Origin: Candidatus Eiseniibacteriota bacterium
GTDB taxonomy: Bacteria; Eisenbacteria; RBG-16-71-46
Length of the DNA: 13,706 bases
NCBI GenBank assembly: GCA_031366795.1
Contig: JANLOX010000272.1
Coordinates: forward strand, 1 to 13,706
Direction of reading: 5' to 3'
Shown: positions 1-10,209 of the stretch, one piece after another
Layout of the letters: the number at the start of each line of letters is the position of its first letter
Position numbering within the stretch: the stretch's first letter is position 1
The notes under the pieces: generated by a model
What the model was told of the DNA's origin: nothing
The model's input: the letters and a program-made list of their open reading frames with translations, nothing else
Database searches by the model: none
Position numbers and translations under genes: made by a program

Positions 1-1
1 G

Positions 2-865
2 CAACCGCCCGGCCTCGGCGTCCGGCATCTCGCTCGGGAACGGACCGAGCCCCACGCGCGTCGCGTAGGCCTTGGTGACACCGATCACATGCGAGACCGC
101 GCGCGGCCCCAGCCCCACACCCAGCGGCGCGCCCGCAGCACTCGCGGACGACGACGTTACATAGGGATAAGTGCCGTGATCTATATCCAGCAGCGTGCCC
201 TGGGCGCCTTCAAGCAGAATGTTCTTGCCCGCCGCCAACGCATCATGCAACTCAAGCCCAACGTCTGAGATCAGCGGCCCCACCCACCGTACTTCTTGTT
301 CGAGCGCTGCGAATATCGCGGCGCCCTGCTCGGTGAGATGCGCGGCGGCCTCTGGATACTCGAACCGCAGCCGCTTGAGATTGCGGTCCACATGGCTCTC
401 GAAGCCGTGCGGGTCCAGCAGGTCCGCGATCCGCAGCCCCGTACGGGCAGCCTTGTCGCGGTAGGCGAAGCCAATCCCTCGACCGGTCGTGCCGATCGCG
501 CCATCGCCCTTCTCGGCGACCGCTTCGACTGCTTTGTGATAAGGCAGGATCAAGTGCGCCGCCGGGCTGATCCCGAGCCGGCTCGTGACATCCACTCCGG
601 CGCTCTCGAGCTCGCCCACTTCCGCGCGAAGCCGGGCCAGGTCGATCACCACCCCATTGCCGATCAGGCACCGCTTGTGCGGGTACATGACTCCTGAAGG
701 CACCAGGTGCAGCACCAGCGTCTCGCTGCCACGCTTGATGCTATGCCCAGCATTCGGCCCCCCCTGGTAACGCGCGACCACATTGGCCTCCGACGCCAGC
801 CGGTCGACGATCTTGCCCTTGCCCTCATCACCCCACTGCGCGCCTACCACCACCGTGCACGGCAT
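2..865 (-). CDS. purA: Adenylosuccinate synthetase, N-terminal ~288 codons (runs off left edge)
   Basis: Manual translation from ATG at 865: MPCTVVVGAQWGDEGKGKIVD...RYQGGPNAGH...LHLVPSG...IGTTGRGIG...LEGAQGTLLDIDHGTYPYVTSSS...GVTKAYATRVGLGPFP, all PurA signature motifs. Absent from the ORF track because it has no stop in the window. Confidence 0.97.
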   Translation of the reverse strand, partial: MPCTVVVGAQWGDEGKGKIVDRLASEANVVARYQGGPNAGHSIKRGSETLVLHLVPSGVMYPHKRCLIGNGVVIDLARLRAEVGELESAGVDVTSRLGISPAAHLILPYHKAVEAVAEKGDGAIGTTGRGIGFAYRDKAARTGLRIADLLDPHGFESHVDRNLKRLRFEYPEAAAHLTEQGAAIFAALEQEVRWVGPLISDVGLELHDALAAGKNILLEGAQGTLLDIDHGTYPYVTSSSASAAGAPLGVGLGPRAVSHVIGVTKAYATRVGLGPFPSEMPDAEAGRL

Positions 866-1043
866 TGCCAGAACCCTCCGGGAAAACGACGCGGGACCGT
901 AGCACTGGCGGGGCCGGTGAGGGAAACGGTGGGGATGTTCAGCGGCCGTCGCGCGAGCCCCGTATTCCGTGCGGAATTGCGGCAATGCAATCATTGCCAT
1001 CACTCGGACCTTGCGCAAAAGCCACTTGGCCGCCACTGCCCCA

Positions 1044-1072
1044 TTGAAAAGGCCCATCGCCGTCCCGATAAT
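1044..1072 (+). promoter_or_regulatory. Putative sigma70 promoter for the DUF1801 gene
   Basis: TTGAAA (1044-1049), 17-nt spacer, GATAAT (1067-1072), about 30 nt before the GTG start at 1104. Confidence 0.5.
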
Positions 1073-1103
1073 GCTCCCGCAAATCCCACCCTGGAGGCAC
1101 CCC

Positions 1104-1526
1104 GTGGCCGTCGCCAAACTCAAGACCACGATTACCGAAAAGAAACCCGCCGACTTCATCGCTGCCCTTTCGGGCGAGGCGCGTCGCAAGGATTGCGCGG
1201 CACTGGTCGCCCTGATGAAGCGCGTCACCGGAAAGCCCGCGAAGATGTGGGGCCCTTCGATTGTCGGCTTCGACACCTATCACTATGTCTACGACAGCGG
1301 CCGCGAAGGCGACACCTGCTTGGTAGGCTTCTCCCCCCGCAGCACCGGCCTCGTGCTCTACGTGCTCAATAAATTTGTAGGCCAAGAGGCACTCCTCAAG
1401 AAACTCGGCAAACACAAAGCCAGCGGCAGCTGCCTACACCTGAAGACCCTCGAAGGTGTCGACATGAAAGTGCTCGAGGAGATGGTGAAGCGCTGCGTAG
1501 CGAAGACGCGCAAGACGTACGGATAG
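1104..1526 (+). CDS. DUF1801 (YdhG-like) domain protein, ~140 aa
   Basis: GGAGG at 1093-1097, then GTG at 1104 in frame with ORF 969..1526. Sequence LKTT...RRKDCAALVALMKRVTGKPAKMWGPSIVGFDTYHYVYDSGREGD...GFSPR...LGKHKASGSCLHLKTL is the typical DUF1801 pattern. Confidence 0.85.
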   Translation: MAVAKLKTTITEKKPADFIAALSGEARRKDCAALVALMKRVTGKPAKMWGPSIVGFDTYHYVYDSGREGDTCLVGFSPRSTGLVLYVLNKFVGQEALLKKLGKHKASGSCLHLKTLEGVDMKVLEEMVKRCVAKTRKTYG

Positions 1527-1659
1527 CCGAACGACGCTGCGCGCACCGTCGCTGCGCGGCTGCGCGGCGGGACGGCTGCGCGGCGCGGTGAGTGCCACGA
1601 CTTGCCCCGCATTCACCCACTTCTTGCCGTGGGCGTCGCCTCGGGCGTATCGTTACATT

Positions 1660-1745
1660 GGGTTGCCTCCGTAAAATTAGGGCTCCGAAAGGATGACCCT
1701 GTGGTCTGATCCGAACCATATCGCGATCAGGAGGCAACCCTTTTT
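1660..1745. other. Multi-stem inverted-repeat element: terminator-like on +, SD-sequestering hairpin on -; possibly a degenerate IS256-type left end
   Basis: Perfect 11-bp IR GGGTTGCCTCC (1660-1670)/GGAGGCAACCC (1730-1740) followed by TTTTT. Inner stems AGGG-C-TCC-GAAA-GGA-TGA-CCCT (1679-1700) and CTGATC..GATCAG (1706-1730). Confidence 0.6.
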
Positions 1746-1793
1746 CATCGCTACATGGAGTGTTGATCTTCGAGCGCGCCCCTCGCCGCTGGC

Positions 1794-3188
1794 TTACGCG
1801 TGGCCACCCGGCTGAAATCCCGCCACCTCCCCCGCCGCACGTGTCACCGACACTGCCTGCCGCGCCGTGTCGCCCTCCCGCGCCCGCGCCTCCTCCGCCG
1901 CCGCCGCCCGCGCCAACCGCGCCTCCTCCACCGCCTCCCGCGCCCGCGCCGCCCGCGCCTCATCCGCCCTCTCGCGCGCCTCTGCACGTTTGCGCGCCAT
2001 GAACTCCTTCCCGAACGCGAGCTCGGCCGTGTACTGGTTATGGTCCCGGCAGCGCAGGCGAATGCGATCGGTCGTGGCCTTGCCGCCGCGAGCGACTTCA
2101 TCAATGTGATCGAACTCCAACCGCTTGCGTTCGCAGCACCGCCGGCCCGCTTCGCTCACGAACGTGCACTGGCCGCCATCGCGATCCCATACCTCCCGCC
2201 GCACGCGCGCCGGGATGGTTCGCGCCGCCTTGCTCGGACGCACCTTGCTATGCGGCCGATCGGTCGCGCCGAGCTTGCGCTTCTCGAGCTTGTTAATGAG
2301 CGCGTCCAGCGCCAGATCAAGCACCTTTGCCAACTCTCCGGCTGGCACCTGATGGCCAAGCAGCGCCTGCGCGTGCCGCAATTTGTCGTACGTGCTTTGC
2401 GTGACGGTGACCTGCAGCGTGAAGCGCTGGCCAGCCATCGGCGCGACTTTCGTGCGCGTTCCTGCCGTTTCGACCTGAGCTGGCGCAAATGGGGTTTGGG
2501 TTGCTGCTGACTCGACATGCGCCGCCTCGAGTTCGGCTCGCGTCGCGGCGGTCCGAACTTCCCCCGTGGCACTTTCGACATCCACTCGCTCCGAAACGAG
2601 CGGCGTCGCGCCGCGTTCCAGATCGGAGGACGCAACATGCATCGAGTCATGCTGCGCGGTGCTCGGCGTTGGCGGCGGGGCAGGCTGCGCGCTGTTCTGC
2701 CCGGGCGCTGACACCGGGGCATGCTGCCCGATGTTCTGCCGTGGCGCCGGGACCGGCAGAACCAGGTCGAAGCTCTCCGTCCGCGGGAAGCGCTCCACGA
2801 TCACCCGTGCGATTCCCGATTTCGACTGGTGAGCCGCGGCCGCCAACAGCTCGCGCGCGTTCCCCTCGGTGAGATGCGGCGCGAGCAAGCAAGTGCCGCT
2901 CAGGTGCATGCGGCCGTCGGCGATCATCTCGAAGATTTCCGGGAACCGCAGTGCCGTGCGCGCAGCCTGGATGCGCTTGCTCGCGCTGTCATCGGACAAC
3001 ATCAACCTGCCGAGGCAATACGCAAACATTGAAGGATACGCGGAGCGCAGGTACAAGCGCCGCGCGTCGATTTCAGCGATGACCCCGATAGACACTGCGT
3101 CGTTGGTGCGACCCGCAGCATGCGTGAGATCGGACTTCTGCTCCAGCGCATCGTCACTGAGATTTGCGAATAAATAAACATTCATCAC
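1794..3188 (-). CDS. HNH endonuclease with DUF222-like N-terminal domain
   Basis: N-term AEIDARRLYLRSAYPSMFAYCLGRLMLSDDSASKRIQAARTALRFPEIFEMIADGRMHLSG. C-term RTIPARVRREVWDRDGGQC...RC...LEFDHIDEVARGG...RLRCRDHN is an HNH-type motif. SD-like GGAAGG 6 nt before GTG 3188; ATG at 3185 is an alternative start. Confidence 0.85.
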   Translation of the reverse strand: MMNVYLFANLSDDALEQKSDLTHAAGRTNDAVSIGVIAEIDARRLYLRSAYPSMFAYCLGRLMLSDDSASKRIQAARTALRFPEIFEMIADGRMHLSGTCLLAPHLTEGNARELLAAAAHQSKSGIARVIVERFPRTESFDLVLPVPAPRQNIGQHAPVSAPGQNSAQPAPPPTPSTAQHDSMHVASSDLERGATPLVSERVDVESATGEVRTAATRAELEAAHVESAATQTPFAPAQVETAGTRTKVAPMAGQRFTLQVTVTQSTYDKLRHAQALLGHQVPAGELAKVLDLALDALINKLEKRKLGATDRPHSKVRPSKAARTIPARVRREVWDRDGGQCTFVSEAGRRCCERKRLEFDHIDEVARGGKATTDRIRLRCRDHNQYTAELAFGKEFMARKRAEARERADEARAARAREAVEEARLARAAAAEEARAREGDTARQAVSVTRAAGEVAGFQPGGHA

Positions 3189-3679
3189 GTGTTGCCTTCC
3201 ACGGGGGCGTCCGCGTAGGGCAGTCGACGCGCCGTCGCAACGCGCGTCTCACAACATGGTGATTGTCGCATGGCCGATTTCGGCGCGCATGCAGCCTCCT
3301 GGAACGCATTGCCTATGCAATCACGAATCGAATGCGCCAGCCGAGGAGATCTCGGCGCTCAATGAACGCATCGCGCTCTGGCGCGCTACCGGAAGGGCGG
3401 CCGTGGAGTGGCAGCGGTTGGCGAGAGAGGACGTGTCAATAGGAATTTGCGCGCACGAAAATAATTCTCCGCGCGTCTCGCGACTCATTCCGACGCGCCT
3501 CACTCCACAGGTTGTGTCGCGAGCCGGCGCCGCGCCTCCTCGTGCACGCAGTCGCACTTCTCGTACTACATGAACATGCCCCGGGGCATGTTGAGGTGTG
3601 AACGCTCGCGCCACTTTCGTAACCGGCGTGGACATCTCGCGGCAACCCAAGGGGGTTGAAGCCCGCCCCGCCTCTCCCC

Positions 3680-4603
3680 CTACGCCCCGATCTTCCTCAG
3701 CGCATCCACCACCAGCTCCGCGGCCTCAACGCCCGCGCGGTCCTGCGCCTCGGCCGTTGACGCGCCGAGATGCGGCGTGGCCAGCACATTGGGCAGCCCC
3801 AACAAGGGCGAGTCCCCAGGCGGCTCGGTGGCGAACACGTCGATCGCCGCGGCGCGCAGCGTGCCTCCGCTGAGCGCCGCATACAGCGCCTTCTCGTCCA
3901 CGATGCCGCCGCGCGAGCAGTTAATCAGCACCGCATCGCTCTGCATCAGCGCAAATTGCTTCGCCCCGATCAAGTTTCGCGACTCGGGCGTCAAAGGAAT
4001 GTGTAATGAAATATAGTCGGCCTCGATCAGCAGCGACTCCAACGATGCGGCGTTGGCAGCCCAGTCGAAGCCTGCGGGCCAATGCGTGATCGCGGGGTCG
4101 TAGGGCGAGACCTGCATGCCGAACGCGCGCGCGCGCAGGGCAACCTCGCGGCCGATCCTGCCGAAGCCGACGATGCCGAGCGTCTTGCCGCACAGTTCGC
4201 GGCCGGCGTACTTGGTCTTTTCCCACTTGCCGTTGCGCATATCCGTGCCGGCGCCGACCAGGTGCCGTTCGAGCGCGATCATCAGGCCGATCGTGAGCTC
4301 CGCCACCGAGATGGCATTGGCCGCGGGCGTGTTCAAGACCACGATGCCGGCAGCCTTGGCGGCAGCGACATCAATATTATCGAGGCCCGTCCCGGCGCGC
4401 GCAATGACCTTGAGCTCGGGGCACGCCTTGATCACATCCGCCGTGACCTTCGTAGCGCCGCGCACCAGCAAAGCCGCGTGGCCCTGCAATGTGGCGATGA
4501 GTTCGTCGGCCTTCATTCCGGTCTTGAGCGTCACTTCATGACCCGCGTGCTGCAAAGTAGCGGCGGCGGCAGGTGACAGAGGATCGCTGATCAGTGCCTT
4601 CAC
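3680..4603 (-). CDS. serA: D-3-phosphoglycerate dehydrogenase-like D-2-hydroxyacid dehydrogenase (short form, no ACT domain)
   Basis: Motifs RAGTGLDNID, NAISVAE, GIVGFGRIG (Rossmann), NCSRGGIVDE, DVFATEP, TPHLGAST. Likely GTG start at 4603 overlaps the upstream TGA (GTGA coupling); the ORF track starts at 4615. Confidence 0.85.
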   Translation of the reverse strand: MKALISDPLSPAAAATLQHAGHEVTLKTGMKADELIATLQGHAALLVRGATKVTADVIKACPELKVIARAGTGLDNIDVAAAKAAGIVVLNTPAANAISVAELTIGLMIALERHLVGAGTDMRNGKWEKTKYAGRELCGKTLGIVGFGRIGREVALRARAFGMQVSPYDPAITHWPAGFDWAANAASLESLLIEADYISLHIPLTPESRNLIGAKQFALMQSDAVLINCSRGGIVDEKALYAALSGGTLRAAAIDVFATEPPGDSPLLGLPNVLATPHLGASTAEAQDRAGVEAAELVVDALRKIGA

Positions 4604-5739
4604 GCGGTCTGCCACGCTTCCCGCACGGCGGTGGCCGCGGCGATGGTATTGGTGTTCGCCGGCTTACCCAACGACGCCACGCACTCTTCGAGCGCGCCGA
4701 TGATCACGTGCACATCCGCCAGATCGTAGGCGCCCATGTGACCGATGCGGAAGATCTTGCCCTTCAGCTGATCCTGGCCACCGGCGACATAGATGCCATG
4801 CACTTCGCGCAGGCGCTTCACCAACGCGGACGCATCGACGCCATCCGGCGGCAGCAGCGAAGTGACCGAGTGCGACGGGCTCGTCGAGAACAACTTGAAG
4901 CCGAGCGCCTTCGCTCCCGCCCACACGGCGTGCGCGATGCGGCGGTGGCGCACATACATCGCCTCGAGGCCCTCTTCCTTCATCATCGTGAGCGCCTCTT
5001 CGAGCGCGAGCACGAGACTGACGGGCGGCGTGAACGCCGTCTCGCCATTGGGGAAACTCTTGCGCGCCTTGTTCAGGTCCCAGTAGAAGCGCGGCAGCTT
5101 GTGGCCCTCGATCGCGTTCGCGCGCCACGGTGCCAGGCTGACGGTGGCGATGCCGGGCGGAATCATCATGCCCTTCTGCGAGCCGCACACCACGACGTCG
5201 ACGCCCCACTTGTCCTGCGGCAGCGGATGCACACCGACACTCGTGATGCCATCGACGATCAGCATGACGTCGCGCGGCCGGGTGATCCTGGCGATCGCCT
5301 CGAGGTCATGCACCGCACCCGTCGAGGTCTCGCTGTGCGTGGTGAACACCGCCTTGATCGAGGGGTCCTGCTCGAGCGCCTTCTGCACCGCGGCCGGATC
5401 GATGGCGGTGCCCCAGTCGAACGCGATCGTCTCATGCGCCACGCCATACGCCTTGAGGATCGAGGCCCAGCGGTCGCCGAACTTGCCGGCCGTCGGCACC
5501 AGCGCCTTGTCGCCCTGGCTCATCAGGTTCACCACGCACGCTTCCATCCCGCCCGTGCCGGAGGCCGACAGCAGGAACACCTCGCCCTCGGTGCCATGGA
5601 GCCACTGCAGTTCGCGCGTCACACGGCGCAGGGTGTCGCGGAACACATCGGTGCGGTGGTGCGGCGGCACGGCCGACAACGCGCGCAGGATGCGCGCAGG
5701 AATCTCGACCGGGCCCGGCGTGAACAAGCGGATCTTCAT
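4600..5739 (-). CDS. Class V PLP aminotransferase (alanine-glyoxylate/serine-pyruvate family; probable phosphoserine aminotransferase role)
   Basis: LFTPGP, SGTGGME, HSETSTG, VDGITSVG, GSQKG (PLP lysine), FRIGHMG motifs; GAGGA SD; translationally coupled to the serA-like gene. Confidence 0.92.
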   Translation of the reverse strand: MKIRLFTPGPVEIPARILRALSAVPPHHRTDVFRDTLRRVTRELQWLHGTEGEVFLLSASGTGGMEACVVNLMSQGDKALVPTAGKFGDRWASILKAYGVAHETIAFDWGTAIDPAAVQKALEQDPSIKAVFTTHSETSTGAVHDLEAIARITRPRDVMLIVDGITSVGVHPLPQDKWGVDVVVCGSQKGMMIPPGIATVSLAPWRANAIEGHKLPRFYWDLNKARKSFPNGETAFTPPVSLVLALEEALTMMKEEGLEAMYVRHRRIAHAVWAGAKALGFKLFSTSPSHSVTSLLPPDGVDASALVKRLREVHGIYVAGGQDQLKGKIFRIGHMGAYDLADVHVIIGALEECVASLGKPANTNTIAAATAVREAWQTA

Positions 5740-5906
5740 GGTCCTCGCTCAGGGTTGCGGGGTGGACACCAGGTACGTGCGACAGTGGATTCACCGCAGG
5801 ATGCACTGGCAAGGCGGGGGGATTCAAGCGGGATCACTTTAACGCGCCACCTGCAGCTGCGGGGGCGGATTGGCGCCCTGTTGGCGCGGGGGATAATCTC
5901 TGATCC

Positions 5907-6128
5907 ATGCAATCTGGGCGGCAGGACTCCGAGGCGTCGGGCACGAATAGCATCGACGAGATTATTGCTATCTATAAGCTCGGAATCGACCAAACCCTGC
6001 TCCAAGAAAGTCTCGCCTTGACCCCCGACCAACGAGTCCGCCGGTTGGTTGCTTTCCTACGAACGGCCGAGGAACTGCGTCGCGCAATGAAGGCCGCCCC
6101 GCAGACCGGTGGGGATACGGGCACTTGA
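5907..6128 (+). CDS. Small hypothetical protein resembling putative antitoxins found upstream of nucleotidyltransferase genes
   Basis: DEIIAIYKLGIDQTLLQESLALTPDQRVRRLVAFLRTAEELRRA resembles a recurrent 'G(V/I)DxTLxxxxLxLTPxERxxxL' small-protein pattern (recalled, not searched). It fills the intergenic gap, has GATAAT 10 nt upstream and a long hairpin downstream. Confidence 0.65.
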   Translation: MQSGRQDSEASGTNSIDEIIAIYKLGIDQTLLQESLALTPDQRVRRLVAFLRTAEELRRAMKAAPQTGGDTGT

Positions 6129-6183
6129 TCGCGTCGTGCGGCCGATCGGCCCTCCGCTCCCCCTCCCCCTCACCCCTAACCTT

Positions 6184-6236
6184 TCATGAACGAATCGAGC
6201 CCCGCCGGACATCCCGCGGGGCTCGCTCGTTCATGA
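6184..6236. terminator. Long hairpin between convergent ORF 5907-6128 and lon; likely bidirectional terminator
   Basis: TCATGAACGA-AT-CGAGCCCCGC-[10-nt loop]-GCGGGGCTCG-C-TCGTTCATGA: two 10-bp perfect arms, no strong U tract. Confidence 0.6.
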
Positions 6237-6261
6237 GTACTTGCTCGGTTCAACCCGTCCG

Positions 6262-8862
<2,601 letters not shown>

Positions 8863-8879
8863 TCAGGTCTCCTTGCCGG

Positions 8880-8942
8880 AAAAAATAAAGCGCGGCCGTG
8901 GCGTCCCAGGCGCATGAACTACGCCTGTGCACACGGCCGCGC
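8880..8942 (-). terminator. Intrinsic terminator-like structure between clpX and lon
   Basis: 11-bp stem GCGCGGCCGTG (8890-8900)/CACGGCCGCGC (8932-8942) with inner stem CAGGCG/CGCCTG, followed on the - strand by TTTATTTTTT. Confidence 0.6.
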
Positions 8943-8946
8943 GAGA

Positions 8947-10206
<1,260 letters not shown>

Positions 10207-10209
10207 CCG

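Noticed and set aside
969..1103. Longer N-terminus for the DUF1801 ORF
   Set aside because: The promoter-like motif and GGAGG SD point to GTG 1104.
1660..1745. Hammerhead ribozyme or c-di-GMP-I riboswitch
   Set aside because: GAAA and CUGAU are present, but not the CUGANGA...GAAA core order or the GEMM consensus; an Rfam search would be needed to exclude these fully.
1760..2002. Proline-rich + strand ORF
   Set aside because: Antisense reading of the Glu/Ala/Arg repeat tail of the HNH gene.
1794..3188. IscB/Cas9-like RNA-guided nuclease
   Set aside because: No PLMP or split RuvC motifs are visible; only an HNH domain.
3256..3650. ORFs 3256-3573 (+) and 3321-3650 (-)
   Set aside because: No SD, atypical composition and no recognisable domain; treated as non-coding.
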